Shown here: one piece after another, positions 14,187-23,934 of the stretch
How the letters are laid out: every line of letters starts with the position of its first letter
Position numbering within the stretch: position 1 is the first letter of the stretch
Assembly (NCBI RefSeq): GCF_055900595.2
Contig: NZ_CM148325.1
Length of the DNA: 64,000 bases
Reading direction: 5' to 3' (one strand)
Notes under the pieces: generated by a model
The model's input: the letters and a program-made list of their open reading frames with translations, nothing else
What the model was told of the DNA's origin: nothing
Database searches by the model: none
Position numbers and translations under genes: made by a program

Positions 14187-14774
14187 TCAGTTAACTGAAT
14201 CGATCCATTGCACACTGTCGGCGGTGAGCGTAAAGGGAGTAGGGGTGCAGATCGCCAGACTTAAATTTTCAAGCTGACAATGGCTGACTGACAGCGAGGA
14301 CTGATAGGTGCTGTCTACGCTGACGATTTGCCAGGCGCTGCCGCCACGTTGTTTAACGATAGCTTCTTTGCGTGTCCAGATGCGCCAGAACATTTCCAGT
14401 TGCTGATCTGGATGCACGGCGTCCATCTCGGCATGTTCTCCGAGGCTGAACACCGCGTTCGCCAGCCAGCGCCAGTTGGCACGCGGGCGAATCACTTCGA
14501 TATCGCAGCCGACTTCGCCCTCATCGCTCAACAGTAGGGCAATATCGTCACCGCTATGGCTTAAGTTGAACCATAGCGGCGTTTCCGGCGCGAATGCAGG
14601 TTTGCCTTGTTCGCCATAGATGATCTCAGGTAGCGGGGAAAGCGTGTGTGAAAGCAATGCACGCCCCGCCAGCCAGCGTTCGCGCCGTGGACCTTGCGGT
14701 GCTTTATCGCGTAAAGCCGGTGGCAGTGGAGCTGCGCTTAAGGTCGAAACTTTCCCCAGAACTATCCGATACAT
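14187..14774 (-). CDS. acpT: Sfp-type 4'-phosphopantetheinyl transferase AcpT
   Basis: 195 aa; WTRKEA-type PPTase motif (IWTRKEAIVKQRG). Start ATG 14772..14774 lies 1 nt after the stop of the upstream island KS gene. Confidence 0.9.
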   Translation of the reverse strand: MYRIVLGKVSTLSAAPLPPALRDKAPQGPRRERWLAGRALLSHTLSPLPEIIYGEQGKPAFAPETPLWFNLSHSGDDIALLLSDEGEVGCDIEVIRPRANWRWLANAVFSLGEHAEMDAVHPDQQLEMFWRIWTRKEAIVKQRGGSAWQIVSVDSTYQSSLSVSHCQLENLSLAICTPTPFTLTADSVQWIDSVN

Positions 14775-14775
14775 A

Positions 14776-16005
14776 TCAGGGCCAACGTTTTATGATGATG
14801 GATGTATTAATGCCGCCAAAGGCAAAGTTGTTACTCTGCAAAAACTCACAATCAATCTTGCGCGCTTCATGCATGATGTAATCCAGCTCGCCACAGTTAG
14901 GGTCTGGTTTATTCAGGTTTAGCGTAGGCGCAAACCAGCCTTCTCGCATCATTTGCAGACTCATCCAGGCTTCGAGCGCGCCACAGGCACCAAGCGTATG
15001 ACCAAAATAGCTTTTCAGCGAGGAGAGCGGCACATTATCACCGTAAATGGCTGCTGTCGCCAGACTTTCTGCCATATCACCACGATCGGTCGCCGTGCCA
15101 TGCGCTGAAATATAGCCAATATCTTGTGCGCTTAACCCGGCGATTTTCAGCGATTGCTCCATACAATACTGCATGGTTTCTCGCTGTGGTTGGGTGATAT
15201 GCGCGGCGTCGCAGTTAGTGGCAAAGCCGACGATTTCTCCATAAATGGTCGCACCGCGCGCTTTGGCGTGCTCCAGTTCTTCGAGAATCAGCGTGCCTGC
15301 GCCTTCGCCAATCACCAGCCCGTCGCGGTTTTCATCGAACGGTGAAGGGGTGGTTTTCGGCGCGTCATTATGCTGGCTGGTGGCGAAAAGCGTATCAAAT
15401 ACCGCCGCTTCTGAAGGGCATAACTCTTCGGCGCCACCAGCAACCATCACCGTTTGATAACCGTGACGAATGGCTTCCCACGCGTAGCCGATCGCCTGGC
15501 TGCCGGAGGTACAGGCGCTGGAGGTTGGGATCACCCGCCCGCGCAGGCCAAAAAATAGCCCGGTATTAACGGCGGTGGTGTGCGGCATCATCTGCACATA
15601 GGTGGTGCCAGTGATGTTATTGGTGTGCTTTTCAGTCAGCATGGTGGCGAACTCGCTCACCGGACCGGTACTGCCGGTCGATGAACCGTACGCAATGCCC
15701 GTTTCGCCGCTGGTTAATATCGGATCGCCAATCAACCCTGCCTGCTCTAACGCCAGCTCGCTGGCTCGGGTCGACATTTGCGACACGCGGCCCATCGCAC
15801 GGATACGCTTACGGGTGTAGTGCTCCGGTAGCGTAAAATCATCAATCGGCGCGCCAAGCAGGGTATGCAGGCCATCGTAAACCTGCCACTCCGGCATTTT
15901 GCGCACTGCGTTCTCATACGCCAGCAAACGCGCGGAAACGTCCTGCCAGTTTTCACCAAAGGCAGTCACGCCGCCCATTCCTGTAATCACTACGCGACGT
16001 GTCAT
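14776..16005 (-). CDS. apeR: beta-ketoacyl-ACP synthase (APE cluster, ApeR-like)
   Basis: 409 aa; KS active-site Cys in SSACTSG, His motifs HGTATDRGD and GHTLGACG; ATGA overlap with the upstream reductase gene. Confidence 0.85.
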   Translation of the reverse strand: MTRRVVITGMGGVTAFGENWQDVSARLLAYENAVRKMPEWQVYDGLHTLLGAPIDDFTLPEHYTRKRIRAMGRVSQMSTRASELALEQAGLIGDPILTSGETGIAYGSSTGSTGPVSEFATMLTEKHTNNITGTTYVQMMPHTTAVNTGLFFGLRGRVIPTSSACTSGSQAIGYAWEAIRHGYQTVMVAGGAEELCPSEAAVFDTLFATSQHNDAPKTTPSPFDENRDGLVIGEGAGTLILEELEHAKARGATIYGEIVGFATNCDAAHITQPQRETMQYCMEQSLKIAGLSAQDIGYISAHGTATDRGDMAESLATAAIYGDNVPLSSLKSYFGHTLGACGALEAWMSLQMMREGWFAPTLNLNKPDPNCGELDYIMHEARKIDCEFLQSNNFAFGGINTSIIIKRWP

Positions 16006-16733
16006 AACATCCCTCCGTTGATGGAAATAACCTGGCGGGTGACGTAACCCGCAATATCAGACATTAAATAACTGGCAAGCCCGGCAACTTCTTCCGCCTG
16101 GCCCATGCGTTTCATGGGGATCATCGACATTGCCTCTTTCAGAGCGCTCTCTTCCATTTCGATCATCCCGGTATCAATAAGCCCCGGCGCGATGCAATTG
16201 ACGGTGATTTTGCGCTTCGCGAGTTCGATAGCCAGTGCTTTTGTTGCGCCGATAATTCCGGCTTTGGCAGCACTGTAGTTCACCTGGCCGCGATTGCCCA
16301 TTACGCCGGAAACCGAGGACAGCGTGATGATGCGTCCGCCCTGGCGTGCGCCGATCATCGGCATAATGCACGGCTGAATGACGTTGTAGAAACTGTCGAG
16401 GTTGGTGTGGATCACCGCATCCCAGTCGTCATCGCTTAAAGCCGGAAAAGCGGCATCGCGGGCGATCCCGGCGTTACTAACCACGCCGTACCAGGCACCG
16501 TGTTGCGCGATCTCGTGCTCCAGCACTTCCCGACACTGTTCGCGGTTTGCGACGTCGAAACTGAGCAAACGCCCGTTACCACCGTTGGCGACAATGGCAT
16601 TCAGCGTTTCCTGAGCGCCTGCGGCGTCACGGTGATAGTGAACGCCAATGTTAAAGCCGTCTGCCGCCAGTTGGCAGGCGATGGCGCGACCAATGCCTTT
16701 GCTGGCACCAGTAACCAGAACTGAACGACTCAT
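16002..16733 (-). CDS. apeQ: 3-oxoacyl-ACP reductase, SDR family (ApeQ-like)
   Basis: 243 aa; TGASKGIGRAIA dinucleotide-binding motif and YSAAK catalytic motif. Confidence 0.85.
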   Translation of the reverse strand: MSRSVLVTGASKGIGRAIACQLAADGFNIGVHYHRDAAGAQETLNAIVANGGNGRLLSFDVANREQCREVLEHEIAQHGAWYGVVSNAGIARDAAFPALSDDDWDAVIHTNLDSFYNVIQPCIMPMIGARQGGRIITLSSVSGVMGNRGQVNYSAAKAGIIGATKALAIELAKRKITVNCIAPGLIDTGMIEMEESALKEAMSMIPMKRMGQAEEVAGLASYLMSDIAGYVTRQVISINGGML

Positions 16734-17197
16734 CAGGACGCTCCTTGTTGAAACAGGGTGGTAAGTTCTTCCGCAGTCGGCTGGAAGGTGTTAATGCGGC
16801 CCGTTGCCTCGCCGTCGTTGATGCTGCACTCAAAACTGCCGAAGCGTTCATCTTGCATCAGCAGTTTGACGGTAATGGTCAGCGTCTGGCCTGCGGGCAG
16901 AATGCCAGCGGCGCAAAGCAATTCACGCGCGCCCAGTACCATCCCTAACTCAATACTGTTTTTGCCCTGCTGGTGGCGATGCCAGCCAGACCAGACGCCG
17001 ACGGTTTGCGCCATCAGTTCAAGGGCAAACCAGCCAGGGAGATTGCCGTCCGGGTCGAGAAACGGTGCCAGTACACCACTGGGCGAAACCGTCACGCGGC
17101 ACACGGCGCTGTCATCGCTGACGCTCACCACTTCTTCCAGCAGCAACATGGGCGCATCGTGGGGCAGATAAGCGCCGGGTGATAAATAGTGGCTCAC
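16733..17197 (-). CDS. apeP: hot-dog fold dehydratase subunit (ApeP-like)
   Basis: 154 aa; GTG start at 17197 overlapping the stop of the upstream KS gene; call rests on size and cluster position. Confidence 0.65.
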   Translation of the reverse strand: MSHYLSPGAYLPHDAPMLLLEEVVSVSDDSAVCRVTVSPSGVLAPFLDPDGNLPGWFALELMAQTVGVWSGWHRHQQGKNSIELGMVLGARELLCAAGILPAGQTLTITVKLLMQDERFGSFECSINDGEATGRINTFQPTAEELTTLFQQGAS

Positions 17198-18363
17198 GAA
17201 ACCCTCCCGAGCAGAATGCTGGCGTTATTGCCGCCAAAGGCGAAAGAATTGGACAGGATCACCGGACGTGCCAGCGGCTGTGGTTTTTCGATAATGCCGC
17301 ACGGTGGCAGCGTGGGATCGCGTGGCGACAGGCTGAAGTCCTGAGCGGGCAGCGGTAAATCACGCTCTAAGATCAACGTGCTAATTGCCGCCTCGGTAAT
17401 GCCCGCCGCGCCCAGCGTGTGTCCGGTCAAATGTTTGGTGGAGCTGCACGGTACGCGTTCGCCAAACAGGGCGTTAACCACCATTGATTCAATCTGGTCG
17501 TTGAGTTGTGTGGCGGTGCCGTGCAGGTTGATATAGCCCACCTCATCCGGCGTAAGCTGCGCATCGTTCAGCGCCTGGTTAATAGCGCGGATCGCCCCTT
17601 CGCCCTGCGGATGCGGGGCCGAAATATGATAAGCGTCGCTTGATTCACCAACGCCCAGTAACGCGATGGGCTGCGGTTCACGGGTCAGCAGCATTAGCCC
17701 CGCGCCTTCGCCAATGGTGATGCCCGCACGGTCACGACCGAACGGCTGACATAAGGTGGGCGACAGCGATTCGAGGCTGTGAAAACCGTTAATCGGCATC
17801 CGGCTCAGAGTGTCTGCGCCACCCACAATGGCGGCATCGACCAGCCCCGCTTCGATAAGCCTGCGCCCGCTGATCATCGCTCTGGCGCTGGAAGAGCAGG
17901 CGGTTGAAAGAGTATATGCCGGGCCGTCGAGCGCCAGCCAGTGGCTGAGAAAACGCGACGGATCGCCGAGTTCTTGTTGTGCATAGTGCCATGTGGTGCT
18001 TGGCTGCCCGTGGGTGCGCAGGTTAACGTGCGTGTCGCCTTCATGCAGGCCGGAGGTGCTGGTGCCAAGCACAATCGCGATGCGCTCGCGGCCATATTTT
18101 GCGATGGCGTCATCAACCTGCAGCTGGATCTGCGCCAGCGCCGCCAGCAGGATCTGATTGTTGCGCGAGCGGTGCGCAGCGAATTTTTCCGGGATAAGCG
18201 GAAGCTCGCCATCCACGCCAGCCAGGACCGCCTGCGGATGCCCCTGCAACCAGCCTGCGCGTGGGCGCATTCCGGGAGCAACACCGCGAGTCAGGTTGGC
18301 TGCGATCTCATCAAGATTATTTCCCAGGGCGTTGATCATGCCAACGGCGGAAATATAAATCAT
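17194..18363 (-). CDS. apeO: beta-ketoacyl-ACP synthase (ApeO-like)
   Basis: Active-site Cys in LSTACSSSA, His motifs LHGTATQ and GHTLGAAG. Start is either GTG 18372 (track) or ATG 18363. Confidence 0.8.
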   Translation of the reverse strand: MIYISAVGMINALGNNLDEIAANLTRGVAPGMRPRAGWLQGHPQAVLAGVDGELPLIPEKFAAHRSRNNQILLAALAQIQLQVDDAIAKYGRERIAIVLGTSTSGLHEGDTHVNLRTHGQPSTTWHYAQQELGDPSRFLSHWLALDGPAYTLSTACSSSARAMISGRRLIEAGLVDAAIVGGADTLSRMPINGFHSLESLSPTLCQPFGRDRAGITIGEGAGLMLLTREPQPIALLGVGESSDAYHISAPHPQGEGAIRAINQALNDAQLTPDEVGYINLHGTATQLNDQIESMVVNALFGERVPCSSTKHLTGHTLGAAGITEAAISTLILERDLPLPAQDFSLSPRDPTLPPCGIIEKPQPLARPVILSNSFAFGGNNASILLGRVS

Positions 18364-18364
18364 A

Positions 18365-18949
18365 TTAGTCACCTAAGTATTGAATGGTGATGTGGTATTT
18401 AAAGACATGCTGCTCAATGCTGATTGGCACGCGTTTTCCTTTGCGATTCAAATAGGTGATTTCCGTGACCAGTTTGCCGCTGGCGTTACGCAGTTCGCGT
18501 TTGTCACCGTTGTCACGAAGTGTCCATCCTGCGGGAAGTTGCGGTTGCCAGGCGCTAATCGGCCAGTGGCTGAGCATTACGTCAGCCAGCACCTGACTTG
18601 CTGGCGGCAACTGTGGGACGACGATGGATTGCTCGGCGCGTAGCCCTTGCGCATCGTAGGTCACCAGAAACAGACGAATGCCGACTGATGACAGTCCGGC
18701 AAGGGTGATTTTCTGGTCGTCGGCATTAAGCATCACCAACAGCGACTGGGTTTTGCCGTTGAAGCTGCCAGTCAACAGTTGTTGGGAATTGACGGCGGGT
18801 GAAATCCCCGGCGCAGGCAGCGTGATGCGTGTGCCAGGTTGCAGCCACGCCTGCGGGCGGCCTTCCTGTTCCGGTTGCGAGTGGCTACAGCCGGTGAGGA
18901 TAAGCGTAGCGGTCAGGGCGAGCGCCCGCCAGAAGGTGGGTTTGATCAT
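18365..18949 (-). CDS. apeN: DUF3261-like outer-membrane lipoprotein (ApeN-like)
   Basis: 194 aa; signal peptide with lipobox LTGC; ATGA overlap with the MMPL gene stop. Confidence 0.7.
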   Translation of the reverse strand: MIKPTFWRALALTATLILTGCSHSQPEQEGRPQAWLQPGTRITLPAPGISPAVNSQQLLTGSFNGKTQSLLVMLNADDQKITLAGLSSVGIRLFLVTYDAQGLRAEQSIVVPQLPPASQVLADVMLSHWPISAWQPQLPAGWTLRDNGDKRELRNASGKLVTEITYLNRKGKRVPISIEQHVFKYHITIQYLGD

Positions 18950-21261
18950 TTTTTTGTTCTCTTTTTATCGGGCATAGCCAGCGGCGAAAGCAGGAAGGCG
19001 GTGAAAATACCGCTCACCAGCACAATGCCAAAACTGCTGATGGCCTGAGTGGCGCTGAATACCAGCATTCCCAGCGTCAGCAAGGTGGTGAGCATTGCCA
19101 GCGTGATCGCCAGTAGGGAAGTTAACGGTGTACCGCGCGGATTACTGAAAAACAGCGTGTAGTTGATGCCGATGCCAAGCACCAGCACCAGCGCCAGCAG
19201 CGAAAAGAGATTCACCGCCTGCCCGCTCATCGCCAGCACTGCCAGACCGCAGCCCAGCGAAAGCACCGAAGGCACCAGGCTGATAAGCCCTTTGCGCCAG
19301 CCAAGGCGGGCCACTGCGCCGCAGGCAATCACTGCCAGCGCCACCAGCAACAAACCGGTTAAGACGTGGCGGTAAAGTGCGAACAATTCATCAAAAGTGT
19401 TTTTGCGATCAACCCAGGCAATGCCCTGGTAATAGCTGGCTGTTTCCTGCAACAACGCGCTACTTTTAACCCCTTCAACCGGCACCAGTACGCCGCTTGC
19501 GCCGTTTTCCAGCGTCAGCCACAGCAGACGCCAGCCTTCACTGGCGGGGCTTGCCAGCCATTCATCGACCTTCACTGGCATGGCGTTGAGATCTGGTTTC
19601 ACCGCCGTCAGCCCGGCATTTTGCAGCGCTTTTGTTACCGTCGGGGCAGACGTTTTCAGCAGATGTAAATCTTCCTCCTGCCGCACCAGGGAGTTCAGCG
19701 GAATAGTGCGGTAGTTGCTGATAAGACCGTCTTTTTTCGCTTTCTCCAGCGAGGCGGTAAATGTCTCCAGCCGCCGCAATGTTTGCTGTGGCGAATCGCC
19801 GTAAACCACAAACCATTTTTGATCGACGCTTTGTCCGGTCAGGGCGGTAATGGCTTTTTCCTGCGCCAGAATATGCTGCGGCAGCGCCTGTAACTGCGAG
19901 ATATCGTCATCGACGCGCAGCATTGACATCCCCGCCAGCGAAAACAGCGCCAGCGCGACGGGCAGACCCCGCGACAGTTTTTTATTGCGCCGCCACGCCG
20001 CCAGCCAGCGCAGCATCAGCGCCATCGCCGGAACCGGACGCACCGGCAGGCCACGGCACAGCCACGGATGCCAGAACAGAACGGTCAGACAGGAGGCGCT
20101 CAACCCGACGGCGGCAAAAATCGCCATCTGGCGAATGCCGGGGAAGGGGGCGAGCATCATAATCAGATACGCCGCCACGGTGGTGAGCAGCGCCAGTAGC
20201 AAGGCATTGCGCACTTTCGCCAGGCTTTGCCACGGCGAAACGTCATTGCCGTGCACCATCCGTTCAGTGAGGTAATAGAGCGTGTAGTCAGCGGAAATGC
20301 CGATAACGCTCATGCTCATCACCAGCGTCATCAGGTGTAATTCACCGAAAATCAACAAGGTGGCGACCGTTCCCGCCAGCGCGCCAATGCCGATGGAAAT
20401 CACGCAAAGCAGCAACGGGCGTAAAGAGCGGAACACCGCCACAATCAGTAATATCACCCCCAGCAGCGTTGCCACGCCCAGGGTTGAGATATCCTGCTTC
20501 GCCTGTTGACTGGCGTAATCGCTGTAAAATACCGTGCCGCGCGAGAGCAACTGCGCCTGCGGGTAACGCGTTTTCAGATCCTTTTCCAGCGTATTCAGGG
20601 TGGTGATGAGCTGGTGGGTTTGCTGCATATCAAACGACGATCCCGCCAGTTCTCCGTGTAGCAGATACCAGTAGTTGCCCTGGGGATCCTGCGTCACCAG
20701 CCAGCCGTCCATCAGTCGTAAACGCTGACCGTTTTTCGCCATCGCCAGCTGCGAGCCGCGCATTAACATCAGCGGATCGTTTTGCAGCTCCTTGCCGCTT
20801 ACCCCGGAGAACGCAGAATAAAGCTGGGAGAGGATCCACTGCGCCTGCGCTTCACCGCCGTTTTGTAGTCGGGCGCGAGTGTCGGGGTCAATCAGGCCGT
20901 TGCGATGCTGCCAGAAAAACGCTCCCCACGCCTGCTGGCTGGCGGCATCCATTGGCCCTTTAACATCGCCGAGCGCAGCGGATTTTTGCAGCAGCGTCAG
21001 CCATTCCTGAGCGACCAGGGGATTAGCCTCTTTACCGGGGCTGACCAGCCACACCAGTTGGCGGTCCAGACGCTGCATAAAGCCGTCATTCAGCGCCGGG
21101 GGAATATCGCCCATCGCCTGTTTGGGTAACATAGCCAGCACGCTACTGTTCAGTCGTGATTGCGGCAGCAGGATCAGCAACGCCGCTGCCATGACCAGGC
21201 AGATGATCCCCCATAACAGCGCCGGGCGTTTACTGGGCGGCAAAACGTTGGCGTTCGTCAT
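18946..21261 (-). CDS. apeM: MMPL/RND-superfamily predicted exporter (ApeM-like)
   Basis: 771 aa with two clusters of TM helices separated by soluble domains. Start 21261 overlaps apeL by 32 nt; an alternative ATG at 21192 is possible. Confidence 0.75.
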   Translation of the reverse strand: MTNANVLPPSKRPALLWGIICLVMAAALLILLPQSRLNSSVLAMLPKQAMGDIPPALNDGFMQRLDRQLVWLVSPGKEANPLVAQEWLTLLQKSAALGDVKGPMDAASQQAWGAFFWQHRNGLIDPDTRARLQNGGEAQAQWILSQLYSAFSGVSGKELQNDPLMLMRGSQLAMAKNGQRLRLMDGWLVTQDPQGNYWYLLHGELAGSSFDMQQTHQLITTLNTLEKDLKTRYPQAQLLSRGTVFYSDYASQQAKQDISTLGVATLLGVILLIVAVFRSLRPLLLCVISIGIGALAGTVATLLIFGELHLMTLVMSMSVIGISADYTLYYLTERMVHGNDVSPWQSLAKVRNALLLALLTTVAAYLIMMLAPFPGIRQMAIFAAVGLSASCLTVLFWHPWLCRGLPVRPVPAMALMLRWLAAWRRNKKLSRGLPVALALFSLAGMSMLRVDDDISQLQALPQHILAQEKAITALTGQSVDQKWFVVYGDSPQQTLRRLETFTASLEKAKKDGLISNYRTIPLNSLVRQEEDLHLLKTSAPTVTKALQNAGLTAVKPDLNAMPVKVDEWLASPASEGWRLLWLTLENGASGVLVPVEGVKSSALLQETASYYQGIAWVDRKNTFDELFALYRHVLTGLLLVALAVIACGAVARLGWRKGLISLVPSVLSLGCGLAVLAMSGQAVNLFSLLALVLVLGIGINYTLFFSNPRGTPLTSLLAITLAMLTTLLTLGMLVFSATQAISSFGIVLVSGIFTAFLLSPLAMPDKKRTKK

Positions 21262-21835
21262 CGGTCAGTTGCGCTGGCGTCAGTTGATGTTGGGTAAGAG
21301 CGATATCGGTGCGATCGCCCTGTTTATCATTAAGCTGAATGCTCTCCAGATAGGTTTGCCCGGCGAGATCGATGGTATTGAAAATTTTATCCAGCGGCGT
21401 GGTGGTCGGCGTCAGGCGCAGCGTCCAGCGGCCTTCGCCTTTGTCAGCAAATTCGACGCGGAAGTTTTGTTCCAGCACTTTGCGATCGGCCTGGAACAGC
21501 GCGCGCAGCAGGTGGTTAAACTGGAACATCTGCGGGTTATTTTCTGCCGTGATGATTTGTGGCGGCTGACCGTTGATCACCTGCACCATGCGTTTATCGT
21601 CCAGTAATAGCTGCATGGGGAACGGTGAGGTTTGATCCCACAACAGCCCCTGGTCGCGGGCGATCAACATCTGCCCCTGCGATCGCAGCGGTTGCGGCAG
21701 ATCTTTAATCGTCCGGGTTTGATCGAAATGGGCGCGGATCACCGGCTGTTCGGTAAAGCGTTGCTGAAGATCGTCCAGGGTCAGGGCGCTCACAAACGGG
21801 CTAATCAGCAGCGCCAGCAGCGGTAAAAATTTCAT
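21230..21835 (-). CDS. apeL: LolA-like outer-membrane lipoprotein carrier protein (ApeL-like)
   Basis: 201 aa; cleavable signal peptide (MKFLPLLALLISPFVSA); LolA-like size. Confidence 0.7.
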   Translation of the reverse strand: MKFLPLLALLISPFVSALTLDDLQQRFTEQPVIRAHFDQTRTIKDLPQPLRSQGQMLIARDQGLLWDQTSPFPMQLLLDDKRMVQVINGQPPQIITAENNPQMFQFNHLLRALFQADRKVLEQNFRVEFADKGEGRWTLRLTPTTTPLDKIFNTIDLAGQTYLESIQLNDKQGDRTDIALTQHQLTPAQLTDDERQRFAAQ

Positions 21836-22254
21836 GGTTTGACTCCCATGCGTTCAAACAGAATATCGGGGCTGACAAAGCACAGTTCGCGGCTTTGCTC
21901 GTCGACCGCGACCTGAATGGTGTATCCGGTGGTGGCGCGTTTGCCCGTTTCGGCATCGAAAATCTGATAGCCAATTCGCAGGCGGTTTTCGAACTCTTCG
22001 ATATGCGCACGCACGCGGATGCGTTGCTCAAAGGTGAGGGCGTGGCGATATTTCACCCGCGCATCGACCACTGGCCACAAATAACCCGACTCTTTCATCT
22101 GCCGATAGCCGTAATTGAACTGGTTGAGCAGCGCCTCGCGGGCCACTTCAAAGTAGCGAAAATAGTTACCGTGCCAGGCCACGCCCATCATATCGACGTC
22201 GTGAAATGGAATGATCAGCTCGACTTCAGCGGTAAATCGGGGATCGTTAAGCAC
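21832..22254 (-). CDS. apeK: 4HBT/YbgC-type hot-dog thioesterase (ApeK-like)
   Basis: 140 aa; HDVDMMGVAWHGNYFRYFE thioesterase motif; GTG start. Confidence 0.75.
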   Translation of the reverse strand: MLNDPRFTAEVELIIPFHDVDMMGVAWHGNYFRYFEVAREALLNQFNYGYRQMKESGYLWPVVDARVKYRHALTFEQRIRVRAHIEEFENRLRIGYQIFDAETGKRATTGYTIQVAVDEQSRELCFVSPDILFERMGVKP

Positions 22255-22257
22255 CCT

Positions 22258-23934
22258 TTACTCCTTGTCCTGGACTTCCGGCAGTTGCCAGAAATCGAAA
22301 AAATTAAACCAGTCGAGGGGCGACTGGAGCGCGTGATGTTCCAGACGCGCGGCGTAATGATCGATAGCGTTTTGCAGCGCCTGCTGGCGTTCGCCACGCG
22401 GCAACAGCAGCGGGTCGGCAAAGGTTTCGCAGTTAATATGCAGCTTGCCGTGCTGGCGCAGGGCGAAAATCAGATTCACCGGGCAGCGCAAAATAGACGC
22501 GAGAATAAACGGCCCCTGTGGGAAGGGCGCAGGCTGGCCCATAAACGAACTCCAGCAGACGCGCCAGTCGCCGCCGCGTTGCGGGTTGATGGCGATGCGG
22601 TCACCAACAATCGCCACCCATTCGCCGTTATCCAGCTTCTCTTTTAGCAGGATGGCGGTGTCCGGGCCGATATCCGTCACCGGCATCAGGTTAATGCCTG
22701 CCTGAGGAGCCATCTCCTGCATTATCTGTTTAAAGCGTTGGGCGTTTTCGCTAAACACCAGCGCGTTAATGGTTTTGTAGCCCTGAATTTTTGCCAGCGC
22801 CCGGCACACTTCCACATCGCCAAGATGCGAGGCCAGCAGCAATTTGCCGCGCGGATCGCTGACGTTAAGTGCCGCTTCTGCGCCTGGTGCAAACAGCACA
22901 TCACGCCCGAGTTGCAGCTCGCCGCGCCAACTGGCGATTTTGTCGAGCATGGCGTTGCCGAAACGTAGAAAGTGCTGATAGCTGTTGAGTTTTGCTGCCT
23001 GTGGTTGATGCTGGCGCACACGGGCGAGCCAGTCTTGCGACGCTTTGCGCGCCCGGCTGGCGGTGAGCCAGTAGACGCCCACCACCGGATAAAGCAGCGC
23101 GGTAAACGCCGTTCTTCCCAGCAGGCGCCAGACCAGCAGCATCAGGCGCATTCCCCATAATCCTTTCACTTCGCTCTGCCGCGCCCAGTGGCTGGAAGAG
23201 TGGCGCATCAGCAGCGAAGGAATACGCGGCAACATGCCGAAAAACAGGCGCGTGTGCATGAGCGAGATGCGGACGTTATCTTTCAGGGCATCAAAGTGCG
23301 AAAGCCCGTCCAGCGGATAGGTGACGCGGGTCGGCACGAAATAGCTGGTGTTTCCCTGCCAGTAGAGGCGCACCATCACTTCGGTGTCGAAATCCATCCG
23401 CTTGCCGATGGTGGCGTGTTTTGCCAGTTGCAGCGTTGGCGCAACCGGATAAACGCGAAAGCCGCACATGCTGTCTTTCAGTTGCAGGGAGAGCGTTTCG
23501 ACCCATACCCAGATGTGGGTGACCCAGCGCCCGTACAGCCGTGAGCGGGGGATGGAGTCATCGTAAATTGGCTGGCCGGAGATCAGTGCCGCAGGGTGTT
23601 GTTCAGCGAGTGCCAGCAGTTTGGGGATATCTTCAATCGCGTGCTGACCGTCGGCATCTACCTGTACCGCATGGCTGAACCCCGCGTCTGCCGCTGCCTG
23701 TAAGCCGCGCATTACCGCCGCGCCTTTGCCTGCGTTTTCTGCCAGGCGAATTAATGTCACGCCAGGCTGTTCGGCAACCAGATTATCCAGTTGCTGTTGC
23801 GTGGCGGCATCGCTGCCGTCATCCACCACAATACAGGGCAGATTAAATGGCTTAAGACGCGCCAGCACGCCCGGCATCATTGCGCCGTGGTTGTAGCAGG
23901 GGATCAACACGCAGGGAGAAAAGTTTACCGACAT
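22258..23934 (-). CDS. apeJ: family-2 glycosyltransferase fused to a C-terminal acyltransferase-like domain (ApeJ-like)
   Basis: 558 aa; N-terminal GT-A fold signature (CYNHG...VVDDGSDA), longer C-terminal domain. Confidence 0.7.
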   Translation of the reverse strand: MSVNFSPCVLIPCYNHGAMMPGVLARLKPFNLPCIVVDDGSDAATQQQLDNLVAEQPGVTLIRLAENAGKGAAVMRGLQAAADAGFSHAVQVDADGQHAIEDIPKLLALAEQHPAALISGQPIYDDSIPRSRLYGRWVTHIWVWVETLSLQLKDSMCGFRVYPVAPTLQLAKHATIGKRMDFDTEVMVRLYWQGNTSYFVPTRVTYPLDGLSHFDALKDNVRISLMHTRLFFGMLPRIPSLLMRHSSSHWARQSEVKGLWGMRLMLLVWRLLGRTAFTALLYPVVGVYWLTASRARKASQDWLARVRQHQPQAAKLNSYQHFLRFGNAMLDKIASWRGELQLGRDVLFAPGAEAALNVSDPRGKLLLASHLGDVEVCRALAKIQGYKTINALVFSENAQRFKQIMQEMAPQAGINLMPVTDIGPDTAILLKEKLDNGEWVAIVGDRIAINPQRGGDWRVCWSSFMGQPAPFPQGPFILASILRCPVNLIFALRQHGKLHINCETFADPLLLPRGERQQALQNAIDHYAARLEHHALQSPLDWFNFFDFWQLPEVQDKE

